A stretch of 57,914 bases of DNA from the NCBI GenBank assembly GCA_015062015.1, contig SUVM01000001.1, forward strand, positions 1 to 57,914, read 5' to 3'. The DNA is from Akkermansiaceae bacterium. Lineage in GTDB: Bacteria > Verrucomicrobiota > Verrucomicrobiia > Verrucomicrobiales > Akkermansiaceae. The notes below the pieces were generated by a model. That model saw nothing but the letters and a program-made list of their open reading frames with translations. It was not told where the DNA came from and did not search any database. This document shows positions 47,344 to 57,461 of this stretch, in pieces. Every line of letters begins with the position of its first letter. Position 1 is the stretch's first letter. The position numbers and the translations under genes are program-made.

Positions 47344-48738
47344 TTATTCGTAAGTTACAATAATGCGGGCAATATTCGGCAGTTGCTCGCGTAGGCGTTT
47401 GTTGATGGAGGAAATGCGGTTGTGGCTTTCCTGAACATTGAGCGAGTACTCTGTAGGGATGCTAACAATGCAAAGTCTGTGTTGCCCCTGTGTGTAAAGT
47501 TGAATAGAGGTGGGCAAGGGAGCCCCCAGATGAATCATGGCTTGGCGCACTTGTTTTTCCCAGTCCGGCGGTATGTCCGGGGTGTAGGCGGGCAGCTCTC
47601 TTACATCCGGTTCTACATGTACGATAACACTTTGAGCATTGAGTTTGCGCTGTACCTCGCTACGGAATGCCTGTATGGCTACATGCCAGCCCTCTAATGT
47701 GGCGTGGGCAGGTAATTCCAAATCCGCAAAGATGATGAGTCCTTGCTCTGCCTGCATGAGCACCAGCCCATGAATACCGAATCTGTGTGTCAGGGCGATG
47801 CGCCGTATAAGTAGCTCCGGCGTGTCCTCGGGCATGGCCCCGGGCTGCATGTGGACTATGGTCTCGGCATCGGCAAAGAGGGAGGCTATCAGCTCTTCAA
47901 TGGCATCGGCTATTTCGTGTGCCGTGTCTATATGCAATTCCTGCGGTACGGCAACTTCTATTTCCGTGTATACTTTCATGCCTACTTCGCGTGCCCTTAA
48001 TCGGGTGACGCGATAGGCCGGCATGCGCGTTTTCATGAGGGCGAGTATTTTCTCCGCTGTTTCACTGTTCGCTTTGTCCATCAGGTTGTTAATGGCTTTT
48101 ACGCCCAGTTCTCGGCAAATGTGCAAAATGAGTAATACAACGCCCAGCGAGGCCAGAACATCCGCGCGCAGCAGCAGCCAATGCAGGGTTGTGCCCTCTT
48201 GGGTAAAACCAACACACGCCGCACCCGTGATGCCCAGTAAAACCGCAGCACTACTCCAAATGTCGGACGCAAAGTGCGCCGCATCGGCTTCCAGTGCGGC
48301 ACTTTTTGTTTCCTTTGCAATGCGTTTCAGCATGGCAGAGCGGTTAATGTCCACCACCAAAGAGACGATAACAACGGCAAATGCCCATATGCTGGTTTCC
48401 ACATGCAAGGCTTCGGGGGAGTCGCTCAAGAGGCGATTCACGGCTTCCTTAACCACCCAAGCTGCTGTGGCCAAAAGGAGCAGTGTTTCTACTAAAGCCA
48501 TAAGGTTTTCCACCTTGCCATGGCCATACGGGTGCTCATCGTCCGCCGGCCGTGCTGCGATTCTCACTGCTACCAAAGACCCCAAGGCTGCCAATAAATC
48601 CAGAGCACTATGCAGTGCTTCCGACAAAATACCCAGCGAGCCTGTTATGATTCCTACGATGAATTTCATCACCGTCAGCAGTGCGCTCCACACCACTGAT
48701 GATACCGCCGCCACTGTTTTTTTCATATCCGCTGTCAT
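47344..48738 (-). CDS. Cation diffusion facilitator with extended multi-domain C-terminus
   Basis: SEALHSALD, HPYGHGKVE, ADAAHFASD, ZT_dimer-like IVHMQP and IVHVEP units. Confidence 0.9.
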   Translation of the reverse strand: MTADMKKTVAAVSSVVWSALLTVMKFIVGIITGSLGILSEALHSALDLLAALGSLVAVRIAARPADDEHPYGHGKVENLMALVETLLLLATAAWVVKEAVNRLLSDSPEALHVETSIWAFAVVIVSLVVDINRSAMLKRIAKETKSAALEADAAHFASDIWSSAAVLLGITGAACVGFTQEGTTLHWLLLRADVLASLGVVLLILHICRELGVKAINNLMDKANSETAEKILALMKTRMPAYRVTRLRAREVGMKVYTEIEVAVPQELHIDTAHEIADAIEELIASLFADAETIVHMQPGAMPEDTPELLIRRIALTHRFGIHGLVLMQAEQGLIIFADLELPAHATLEGWHVAIQAFRSEVQRKLNAQSVIVHVEPDVRELPAYTPDIPPDWEKQVRQAMIHLGAPLPTSIQLYTQGQHRLCIVSIPTEYSLNVQESHNRISSINKRLREQLPNIARIIVTYE

Positions 48739-49030
48739 CGCAAGAATTATTCTAACATGCTGCGCGGAACATTGTCAAGCCATACGCGGATATCTGTCGT
48801 GCTCCGTGCTGTCAGCATAGCATATGTTTAATGTGCAGAACAGTGTTGGCTTCTGCGTATTATTTTATTATGGGGGATACAGCCTTGTTTTATGACAAAT
48901 TGTTTCAAAGTAAGGAAAAAAACGCCCATATTGAGCGATACTACTTGCATATGGGGCACTTTTGTGTTATCCTCCGTGTATCATACATCGAGTAGTTTAC
49001 TCGGACAATCTGCACCACGGGGGAGGAACG

Positions 49031-50020
49031 ATGATTCGTATCTATTCACAGTCAGAGGAAGGGATATCTCGCACGGTTGGCCTGGAAGAGCAGGAGAACC
49101 GTAAGGGAGATATTTTTTGGATAGATTTGCTCACCCCTAATGCCGAGGAGTTGGCCTATGCGGAGAAGTTGTGCGCCATAGAAATGCCCACTAAGGATGA
49201 AATGCGCGAAATTGAGGCGACTTCCCGCTTGTATTGCGAGGATGGGGGGCGTTTTATGACGACAACGGTGCTTTCCCGAGTGGAGACCGATGAGCCGATT
49301 ATTGCGGAAATCACCTTCATTCTTAAAGAACGGCTTTTGATAACGATACGCCATACGGATTCGTATTCATTCCGCGTATTTTCGCATCAATTGCTGCGGC
49401 GGCAGACAACAAACCGAGACTTGGTATTTATAGGTTTGCTGGAGACATTGGTAGACCGCCAGGCAGACGTGTTGGAGCGCTTCGGTACAGAGCTGGATGC
49501 TTTGTCTAAAAAAGTGTTTATTTCTCCGCGTCGGCGCAAGGAGAAAGAGGAATCTCCGGATACGGATGACCTGCGCGATGCCTTGGAGGAGCTGGGGCGC
49601 GTGGGTGACCTCATTACGCGCCAGCGAGATGCTTTGGTGAACTTGCTGCGCATGATAACGTTTGCCGGTAACGAGGATTCGTGCATGAGCTCGCACGACA
49701 GTTTGTATGTGCCGTTGCGCCCCGTATCGCGAGACGTGAATTCGTTGTCGGAGTACGCATCGTTCCTTTCTAATAAGATTAACTTCATGTTGGATGCCGT
49801 GTTGGGGCTCATCAATATCGAACAGAACGATATTGTTAAGGTCTTCACCATCATGAGCGTTGTCTTTTTGCCGCCAACGCTTATTGCCAGCATTTTCGGC
49901 ATGAATTACCGTTACATTCCGTTCCTGGATACGGAATGGGGATTCTGGCTTTCTCTTGTTTTGATGGTATTGGCAGGTGCCGTGCCGCTTATTATATTTA
50001 AACTCAAACGCTATATCTGA
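49031..50020 (+). CDS. corA: CorA family Mg2+/Co2+ transporter
   Basis: WIDL..P, EIEATSR, PPTLIASIFGMN; GGAGG Shine-Dalgarno before ATG 49031. Confidence 0.92.
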   Translation: MIRIYSQSEEGISRTVGLEEQENRKGDIFWIDLLTPNAEELAYAEKLCAIEMPTKDEMREIEATSRLYCEDGGRFMTTTVLSRVETDEPIIAEITFILKERLLITIRHTDSYSFRVFSHQLLRRQTTNRDLVFIGLLETLVDRQADVLERFGTELDALSKKVFISPRRRKEKEESPDTDDLRDALEELGRVGDLITRQRDALVNLLRMITFAGNEDSCMSSHDSLYVPLRPVSRDVNSLSEYASFLSNKINFMLDAVLGLINIEQNDIVKVFTIMSVVFLPPTLIASIFGMNYRYIPFLDTEWGFWLSLVLMVLAGAVPLIIFKLKRYI

Positions 50021-50026
50021 CACACC

Positions 50027-50935
50027 ATGATCAGCAAACGCAAAGTTGACCAACCCGAGCAGGAAATCCAAAAAGCTAACATCTTGGTAGAGGCCTTGCA
50101 GTACATGCAGTCTTATCGGGATAAAATGGTGCTCATCAAGTTTGGCGGCTCGGCTATGGATGACCCCGAGCTGGTAAAGTCTCTGATGCGAGACATTGTG
50201 GTGTTGGAGGCAATGGGGCTCAACCCCGTGGTGGTGCATGGCGGCGGCAAGGCTATTTCCAAAGCCATGACCGAGGCCGGCTTAGAAGCCAAGTTTGTGA
50301 ATGGGTTGCGTGTTACCACCCCCGAGGCTATAGACATAGTGGAGCGCACGCTCAGCGGCACAATTAACCCCGGATTGGTGGAGATGATGCGCGATGCCGG
50401 CGGTAAGGCTGTGGGTATACCCGGTACCAACGTATTTGTAGGTGAGAAGATTATGGAGAAAGATGCCGAGGGCAACCCCATAGATATTGGCCGAGTAGGC
50501 CGAGTCATCGGTTCTTTGTTGTCTCGTGTGGAAGAGGCACTTTCCCTGCAAATTACACCGGTGATTTCTCCTTTGGCCCGAGAGCTTGGTACCAATAATG
50601 CTCTGAATGTGAATGCGGACTTGGCCGCCGCCGCCTTGGCCCGAGAGCTTAAACCCGTTAAGCTTATCTTTATTTCGGATGTTCCCGGGCTGATGTACGA
50701 TCCGTCCGATCCCTCGACCATCATTAAGAGCATTAACCGCAAGGAGGCATACGACTTGATGGAGAAAGGCATTATCTCCGGCGGGATGATACCGAAAGTG
50801 AAGAGTGCGATAGATGCGTTGAATGCCGGTGTGCGCAAGGTGCACTTTATTGATGGGCGTTTGCCGCATACTTTGCTGTTGGAAATCTTTACGCCCGAGG
50901 GTATCGGCACGGAAATCGTGCGCGAGCAACGTTAA
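50027..50935 (+). CDS. argB: Acetylglutamate kinase
   Basis: IKFGGSAM, VVHGGG, GLRVT, NVNAD, GGMIPKV. Confidence 0.95.
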   Translation: MISKRKVDQPEQEIQKANILVEALQYMQSYRDKMVLIKFGGSAMDDPELVKSLMRDIVVLEAMGLNPVVVHGGGKAISKAMTEAGLEAKFVNGLRVTTPEAIDIVERTLSGTINPGLVEMMRDAGGKAVGIPGTNVFVGEKIMEKDAEGNPIDIGRVGRVIGSLLSRVEEALSLQITPVISPLARELGTNNALNVNADLAAAALARELKPVKLIFISDVPGLMYDPSDPSTIIKSINRKEAYDLMEKGIISGGMIPKVKSAIDALNAGVRKVHFIDGRLPHTLLLEIFTPEGIGTEIVREQR

Positions 50936-50944
50936 TTTTGCCCT

Positions 50945-51790
50945 ATGCAAATCCCGGCATCCCTTGGTGTGTTCTGTGCAGTGCGCACTCCCGAGTGCGA
51001 GCAGGTGATGCAGTATTTGCTGCAAGCCTGTGCAGATGCCGGTTTGATGGCCTATGAGTTTGGTCCCAACACAAAAAATGACCCGGTTTTAGGCACTCCG
51101 GAGGTGATTATTTGCTTGGGCGGAGATGGCACCATTTTGTCTCGAGCCGCCTATGCCGCAGAGCGCGGTATTGTGTTGGGCGGTATTAATATGGGGCATT
51201 TGGGCTTTTTAACCGCATGTGGGCGGGAATCCGTTAAAGAGCTGGTGCAGGCTCTTGCAACCGGGCTGTATGTGATAGACGAGCGCGCCATGCTGAGTGT
51301 GCAGGGAAGCGGCATGGGGGCACCCGCTGCACAGGCACCCTTGTTGGCGTTAAATGAAATCTCGTTGATGCGCGACCAAACCGGGCGTATGATAGATGTG
51401 GATGTAGAGCTGGACGGCTGCCTGCTTAACCGCTACCATGCAGATGGAGTTTTGCTGGCTACGCCTACGGGCTCTACCGCCTATTCTTTATCTGCCGGCG
51501 GGCCGTTGCTTTGGCCCACGGCAGGTGTTATTACCCTTACCCCTATATGCCCGCATAGCCTCACCAGCCGCCCCGTTGTATTACCGGATAATGTGGAGGT
51601 AACATTGCGCCCGAGAGAGCGCCGTGGCCGCGCCGGGGAGAGCCTGATCTATTCCGTAGACGGCAGAGATACACGCCCCATTGCCCTTAACGAAACCCTT
51701 ACTATTAAAAAAGCACCTATATCCCTCAAACTCTTAGTCTTACCCGGCTGTGACTATGCCGCATTGGTACGCGCTAAATTAGGGTGGTGA
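50945..51790 (+). CDS. nadK: NAD kinase
   Basis: LGGDGT, GHLGFL, ALNE, ADG..ATPTGSTAYSLSAGGP. Confidence 0.93.
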   Translation: MQIPASLGVFCAVRTPECEQVMQYLLQACADAGLMAYEFGPNTKNDPVLGTPEVIICLGGDGTILSRAAYAAERGIVLGGINMGHLGFLTACGRESVKELVQALATGLYVIDERAMLSVQGSGMGAPAAQAPLLALNEISLMRDQTGRMIDVDVELDGCLLNRYHADGVLLATPTGSTAYSLSAGGPLLWPTAGVITLTPICPHSLTSRPVVLPDNVEVTLRPRERRGRAGESLIYSVDGRDTRPIALNETLTIKKAPISLKLLVLPGCDYAALVRAKLGW

Positions 51791-51866
51791 GTCCCCTGTT
51801 AAAAAATAATGCCATGGGCAAAGATTGCGCTTGCTAAAAGGTGGATAACATGGCAAAATAGCCCAT

Positions 51867-52550
51867 ATGGCTTACCGCAAATTTTTGGTGTTTTTTATCC
51901 TGACCCTGGCATGCATGCTCGGTTGCCAGCAAGGTTTGGGAGGATACCGCAGACCCCCTGTTTATAAGTTTAAGACGGATCGCACCCCCTTGGTGCAGCG
52001 TTCTCTTAATCGTTTAGCCAAGGAGGCTAACATTAAAATACGCACCATGCCCTCCAACTCGCGTCCGCGCCGTGCCGCGAAGCGTCTTAACGTTAAATTC
52101 ATCACGATTCACAGCACGGCAAACCATTCTCCTACCTCTACAGCCATGCAGCACTCCCGTGCTTTGTGCCGTGGTGCCTTTACCAACCGTAGCTGGCATT
52201 TTACCGTAGACCAGTTTATGGTGGTGCAAAATGCGCCCCTTACCGAAACAACTTGGCACGCTGGTAACAATGCCGGCAACCACAATTCTATCGGCATAGA
52301 AATGTGCGAGTGCGAGAGCAAAGGACACAACCATTTCCGCACTTGGGACCGTACGGCTAAACTTACAGCCGTGCTCATGAAACGCTTTAATATCCGTTTG
52401 CGTTATGTGGTACCGCATTACCATTGGACGCGTAAAAATTGCCCGGCTCCGTTGATGAGCAATGGCAAACCCGGGCCTAAGTGGATGTGGTTCCTCTCTC
52501 GTGTGGATTACTACTACCGCTGCATTAACAAGGGTATATCCAACCGCTGA
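51867..52550 (+). CDS. N-acetylmuramoyl-L-alanine amidase (Amidase_2), exported
   Basis: ITIHST, SWHF, WHAG, SIGIEMC, H....KNCP. Confidence 0.88.
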   Translation: MAYRKFLVFFILTLACMLGCQQGLGGYRRPPVYKFKTDRTPLVQRSLNRLAKEANIKIRTMPSNSRPRRAAKRLNVKFITIHSTANHSPTSTAMQHSRALCRGAFTNRSWHFTVDQFMVVQNAPLTETTWHAGNNAGNHNSIGIEMCECESKGHNHFRTWDRTAKLTAVLMKRFNIRLRYVVPHYHWTRKNCPAPLMSNGKPGPKWMWFLSRVDYYYRCINKGISNR

Positions 52551-54688
52551 TGCCCGCAAACCACACCATGCAGTGGAACCAAGCCCTGGCAGAGTTGCCG
52601 GGGCTCACTGTTCGCGAAGCTAAGGCTTTGGAGGCTTCTTCTCTTCTTACCGTTGGCGATTTATTAATGCGGGTGCCTCGTCGTTATGAGGATCGCCGCT
52701 CCACCAAGCCGATAGCATCTCTTGTAAATGGCGAAACGGTTAGTCTTTTGGTGCATGTGTATAGTGCCGGGTGGCGTTTTTCTTACAAACGCTATTTCGA
52801 AGTGAGTGCCGGAGCAGAGGCAGACCCCTACGGTGCGAGGATTTTGTTGCGTTGGTTCAATATGCCCTATGTGGCTAAGTTGCTCGCCATGGGGATGAAC
52901 TTGTCCGTATACGGTAAAGTGAAAGAGTATGGCGGAAAGTTAACGATGACCAATCCGGATTTCGAGGTCATGGAAGACGAGGATACCGGGCGCCGTTTGG
53001 TGCAGGTAGCCATGGGCGATTTGGCAGAGCCTGCAGCCCCCCCGTTGCCCGAGCAGGAGCTTGTGCATACAGCCCGCATTGTGCCCATTTACAAAGGGAT
53101 ATCCGGCATCCCTGCCAGAAGTTTGAGGGCGTTGGTATGGCGCGTGTTGCAGCATTTGCCGCAGCAAGTGGCCCAACCGGGGTATGATGTTGCACCCTTA
53201 TACCCCTTTCGGCAAGCTTTGCAGGACATTCATTTCCCGGAAACGCCCGAGGCCTCGCAAAAGGCGCGCATGCGTTTTGCTTTGGCAGAGTGTTTTTGCC
53301 AGCAATTTACCGTAGCATGGAAGCGCCGCCGCACGCAGGGACGCGTGGGGCAGGTAACGGCCACAACAGATGCTTATTTGCAGGAGCTGCTGCAATCGCT
53401 TCCGTTTTGCTTAACGGCTGCTCAGCAACGTTGTGTGGCAGAAATCCGCGCAGATATGCAGCGTCCGCAGCAAATGAACCGCTTGCTGCAGGGAGATGTG
53501 GGTAGCGGTAAAACTTTGGTAGCATTATGCGCCATGTTATTGGCGGTGGAAAGCGGTAAAACTGCCGCCATGATTGCCCCTACCCAAATTTTGGCAGAGC
53601 AGCATTATAACAACTTTCGCCGTTTGTTGAAGGATATGGACGTGCGCTTGTCTTTGCGAACTTCCGATCGCGCAGACGACTCCGACATCATTCCCGAGGC
53701 ACCCGGCTATGCAGATGCCGCACCGCGCATCATTGTGGGAACCCACGCTTTGCTGTACAAAAAAAACAGGCCGCAGAGCCTTGGCTTAGCTGTTATAGAT
53801 GAGCAACATAAGTTTGGTGTAGCCCAACGTGAGCAATTTATCAACTGCGGGGATAATCCTGATGTGTTGGTGATGACGGCTACCCCAATCCCCCGTACGC
53901 TTACACTTACGCTTTACGGCGATTTGGATGTCTCCGTTATCGATGAATTACCCGCTAACCGTGGAGAAATTATTACTGCTTTGCGCACGCCCGCTCAGCT
54001 TAAGAAAATTATTGCATTTATGCGTACTGAGCTCGAGGCCGGCCGCCAAATCTATATCGTTTCTCCTTTAATCGAGGAGAGCGAAACACGCCAACAGGCC
54101 TCGGCTCTGAAGGAGTTGGAAAAGTGGCGCAGCATTTTCCCCGATGTGAATATCGGCCTCTTGCATGGCCGCCTTTCTGCTGATGATAAAGATGCTGTCA
54201 TGGCTCGGTTCCGTGCTGCCGATACAAAAATTTTAGTGTCCACCACCGTGGTGGAGGTAGGGGTAGATGTGCCCAATGCCACCATTATGTTGATTAATGA
54301 TGCAGATGCCTTTGGCTTATCCCAGTTGCACCAGCTGAGGGGGCGCATTGGGCGTGGGCAACACAAAAGCTATTGTATTTTGTTGTCTGCAACAAAGCCG
54401 GGCGAGCCGGGGCGAGATAAGTTGGATGTTTTGTGCCGTACGCTCAACGGTTTTGAAATTGCGGAAGAAGATTTCCGTTTGCGTGGTCCGGGGGATGTGT
54501 TGGGCACAGCCCAGAGCGGTTTGGGGGCTGTTCGGTTTGCCGAATGGCTTAGTGATATGCGCCTGATTCACCGCGCCAGCCGAGATGCCGCTGCTATTTT
54601 AGATGCGGACCCGGATTTGCGGCTTCCCGAGCATGCTGCACTGCGCGAGCTCGTTTCCCACGAAGCCGAGCAGGGGATTACCGGGTAG
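52550..54688 (+). CDS. recG: ATP-dependent DNA helicase RecG
   Basis: PRRYED, QGDVGSGKT, DEQH, TATPIPRTL, QLRGRIGRG, LRGPG. Confidence 0.96.
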   Translation: MPANHTMQWNQALAELPGLTVREAKALEASSLLTVGDLLMRVPRRYEDRRSTKPIASLVNGETVSLLVHVYSAGWRFSYKRYFEVSAGAEADPYGARILLRWFNMPYVAKLLAMGMNLSVYGKVKEYGGKLTMTNPDFEVMEDEDTGRRLVQVAMGDLAEPAAPPLPEQELVHTARIVPIYKGISGIPARSLRALVWRVLQHLPQQVAQPGYDVAPLYPFRQALQDIHFPETPEASQKARMRFALAECFCQQFTVAWKRRRTQGRVGQVTATTDAYLQELLQSLPFCLTAAQQRCVAEIRADMQRPQQMNRLLQGDVGSGKTLVALCAMLLAVESGKTAAMIAPTQILAEQHYNNFRRLLKDMDVRLSLRTSDRADDSDIIPEAPGYADAAPRIIVGTHALLYKKNRPQSLGLAVIDEQHKFGVAQREQFINCGDNPDVLVMTATPIPRTLTLTLYGDLDVSVIDELPANRGEIITALRTPAQLKKIIAFMRTELEAGRQIYIVSPLIEESETRQQASALKELEKWRSIFPDVNIGLLHGRLSADDKDAVMARFRAADTKILVSTTVVEVGVDVPNATIMLINDADAFGLSQLHQLRGRIGRGQHKSYCILLSATKPGEPGRDKLDVLCRTLNGFEIAEEDFRLRGPGDVLGTAQSGLGAVRFAEWLSDMRLIHRASRDAAAILDADPDLRLPEHAALRELVSHEAEQGITG

Positions 54689-54878
54689 CTATTGCTTAAA
54701 TAACATTTTTTACAGCATTTTTGCTCGCGAGAGGGGGCATATAGGTGTAAGCAAATAATATGAATCGGGAACGTAGTCAAATTTGTATGACACTTCGCCC
54801 AATGAGATTGCTCTGGGGTAAAACTTGTCAAAGGAGGCGGGGTATGGTATAATGATGCTCTGTTAACTCCAAAAGCAT

Positions 54879-55463
54879 ATGTCGTTTTGCCGACCGATAG
54901 ATACCAAAGGCCGCCTGATTATCCTGATTGGGATGATGGGGTGTGGTAAAACGACTGTCGGTAAGGAACTGAGCCGTTTAACGGGGATTCCGATGCTGGA
55001 TATGGATACCATCATTGAGGAACAAATCGGTAAGTCGATACCCGAGATTTTTCAGGAATCCGGAGAAGCTCATTTTCGAGCACTCGAAACGGCTTTGCTG
55101 CGCTATGTAGAGTCCTCGCCCCCATTTTCCACATCATCCTTTATTATCTCGACGGGTGGCGGTGTTGTGCTTAGCCCGGTGAATCGCAGTATTTTAAGGA
55201 GGCTTGGCTTTGTGGTGTGGTTGGATGCTTCTGCTGAAGTGATAGTGGAGAGAACTTCCCGCAGCAATAACCGCCCCTTATTACGAACGGAAGACCGCTT
55301 GCAAGTGATTCAAAACCTTGCAGATAAGCGTCGCAATCTTTATCAGGAAACGGCTCACCTGCGTATCGAGACAAGTGGGCTGGATGTTTTGCCGGTGGTG
55401 GATGTGTTGCATGCCTCCGCCTCGGAATTTTTTGCTAACCCGGAATCTGCTTCCATCTCATGA
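54879..55463 (+). CDS. aroK: Shikimate kinase
   Basis: GMMGCGKTT, GEAHFR, STGGG, RPLL; promoter TTGTCA-17-TATAAT at 54825-54853. Confidence 0.93.
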   Translation: MSFCRPIDTKGRLIILIGMMGCGKTTVGKELSRLTGIPMLDMDTIIEEQIGKSIPEIFQESGEAHFRALETALLRYVESSPPFSTSSFIISTGGGVVLSPVNRSILRRLGFVVWLDASAEVIVERTSRSNNRPLLRTEDRLQVIQNLADKRRNLYQETAHLRIETSGLDVLPVVDVLHASASEFFANPESASIS

Positions 55464-56464
55464 ATTTGACTGATAGACCCCGCCGAAACCGAAAATCTGC
55501 CGCCATGCGCGGTTTGATGAGAGAAACCTCTCTTTCTGTAGCTCATTTGATATACCCGATGTTTGTGCAGGAGGGGGAGCAAAACACGCCGATAGAGTCC
55601 TTGCCCGGCTGTACCCGCTGGTGTGTGGCAGATATTGCGGCGGAGTGCGAGCGGTTGTACAAACTGGGCATTGCCTGTGTGGATTTGTTTGCCGTGGTGC
55701 CCGAGGCTAAGAAGGATGCCCAAGGCAGCGAGGCATGGAACCCGCAGGGGGTGGTGCCGCGTGCTATTGGCGCCATCAAAGCCGCTGTGCCCGGCATGTT
55801 GGTAATGACAGATGTGGCACTGGACCCTTTTAACACCTATGGGCAGGACGGTATCGTAAAAGAGTATGCCGACGGTAGCTACGAGATTGTAAACGATGAG
55901 ACGGTGCAAGCCCTGTGCCGCCAAGCTTTATGCCATGCCCGTGCCGGGGCGGATATTATTTCGCCCAGCGATATGATGGATGGCCGCGTGGCAGCCATAC
56001 GCGCTGCGTTAGATGCCGAGGGCTTTACGGCTGTTTCTATTTTGAGCTATACAGCTAAGTATGCATCCGCCTTTTATGGCCCGTTCCGTGGGGCGTTGGG
56101 CAGTGCCCCCAAGTTTGGGGATAAAAAGACTTACCAAATGGACCCTGCCAACAGGCGAGAAGCCTTGCGCGAGGCTATGGCGGATGTAGCAGAGGGAGCC
56201 GATATGCTGATGGTGAAACCCGCCACCATGTATTTGGATGTGATTGCCGCGCTTAAAGAGAACACGCATTTACCGATAGCCGCTTACCATGTGAGTGGGG
56301 AGTATCTGATGATTAAGGCCGCTGCTGCTTCCGGCTGGTTGGACGAGCGTAGCTGTATGCTGGAATCTTTGCTGTCTATACGCCGTGCCGGGGCAGATAT
56401 GATACTCACCTACGCTGCACCGCAGGTTGCGGAGTGGTTGGCAGAGAATTCTGCCTTAAATTAA
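55460..56464 (+). CDS. hemB: Porphobilinogen synthase
   Basis: RPRR.R, DVALDP, PSDMMDGR, KYAS.FYGPFR, MVKP, AYHVSGEY. Confidence 0.96.
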   Translation: MNLTDRPRRNRKSAAMRGLMRETSLSVAHLIYPMFVQEGEQNTPIESLPGCTRWCVADIAAECERLYKLGIACVDLFAVVPEAKKDAQGSEAWNPQGVVPRAIGAIKAAVPGMLVMTDVALDPFNTYGQDGIVKEYADGSYEIVNDETVQALCRQALCHARAGADIISPSDMMDGRVAAIRAALDAEGFTAVSILSYTAKYASAFYGPFRGALGSAPKFGDKKTYQMDPANRREALREAMADVAEGADMLMVKPATMYLDVIAALKENTHLPIAAYHVSGEYLMIKAAAASGWLDERSCMLESLLSIRRAGADMILTYAAPQVAEWLAENSALN

Positions 56465-56501
56465 CTTGTCAAGCGCGGTTTAACGTAGTATTATAACAGG
56501 C

Positions 56502-57287
56502 ATGGGAATCTTTGATTTTTTACGCGGTTGCTTTGAGATAGTTGTACTGTGGTTTATTTTTTACCAACTGTACCGCGCGTTCAGAGAATCCCGCGCGGCA
56601 GCTATTCTGGCAGGTTTGGTGGCCATTGTAGCGTTGGGTGGTGCTCTTTTGGAGCTTACGCGTGCCACGGTATTGCAAAGTATTGCCGGTTCTATTTTGG
56701 GGCCGGGCACTTTGTTGGTGATTTTGTTTCAACCGGAGCTTCGCACCGCCCTTGCTAAATTAGGCTCTCACCGTGTGCTGGGTAAGTTGTGGAAACAGGA
56801 AGAAAACCAGGATTTTGTAGCCCGTATTTGTAATTCCGTTTCCTATTTGGTTAGCAAGCGTTATGGTGCGCTCATTGCTATTTCCCGCAGTAATAAGCTG
56901 TCGGAGTACGCTAAAACCGGTACTAAGTTGGATGCCGTTTGTTCCCGCGAATTGCTGGGTACCATTTTTCACCCCAAAACCCTGTTGCACGATGGTGCGG
57001 TTATTATTAATAACGAGCGCATTGTAGCTGCCGGTTGTATTTTGCCTGTTACGGCAAAAGAGCTTAAAGACCGTTCTTTGGGTCTGCGCCATCGTGCCGG
57101 CATTGGCGTGGCAGAGCTCTCCGATGCAGTGGTTATCATCGTGTCGGAAGAAACCGGCAATGTTTCTTTGGTGGTGGGTAATATGATGCAGCGGGATATT
57201 TCCGTAAGCATGCTTTCCACCCGTTTAACAGAACTTATTTATCACTATACCAGCCATGAACCGGATAATAGAACGGATGCGGCCTAA
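56502..57287 (+). CDS. cdaA: Membrane diadenylate cyclase CdaA/DacA
   Basis: Three N-terminal TM segments, FQPELR, LHDGAVII (DGA), GLRHRA (RHR), VSEETG. Confidence 0.9.
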   Translation: MGIFDFLRGCFEIVVLWFIFYQLYRAFRESRAAAILAGLVAIVALGGALLELTRATVLQSIAGSILGPGTLLVILFQPELRTALAKLGSHRVLGKLWKQEENQDFVARICNSVSYLVSKRYGALIAISRSNKLSEYAKTGTKLDAVCSRELLGTIFHPKTLLHDGAVIINNERIVAAGCILPVTAKELKDRSLGLRHRAGIGVAELSDAVVIIVSEETGNVSLVVGNMMQRDISVSMLSTRLTELIYHYTSHEPDNRTDAA

Positions 57288-57441
57288 AGTGCTCCGATTT
57301 TGTGTAAAGTTTGCCCGCAATTGGAAACCGAAGCTCATTACACTGGCTTTGGCCATTTTGGTGTGGGTGATTGTTAAGTACAGCTCTTCGGATGATTACT
57401 CTTGGGATGCTGAAGATCCGCGTTTGGTTATCCCTGAATAA
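57256..57441 (+). CDS. Small single-TM protein resembling the N-terminal anchor of CdaR/YbbR (alternative start 57277)
   Basis: NWKPKLITLALAILVWVIV; overlaps the cdaA stop, the position normally held by cdaR. Confidence 0.55.
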   Translation: MNRIIERMRPKVLRFCVKFARNWKPKLITLALAILVWVIVKYSSSDDYSWDAEDPRLVIPE

Positions 57442-57461
57442 ATAGAGCAACCGTATTGCGT

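Noticed and set aside
54689-54824. Possible sRNA between recG and aroK
   Set aside because: No convincing promoter, stable hairpin or terminator apart from the aroK promoter.
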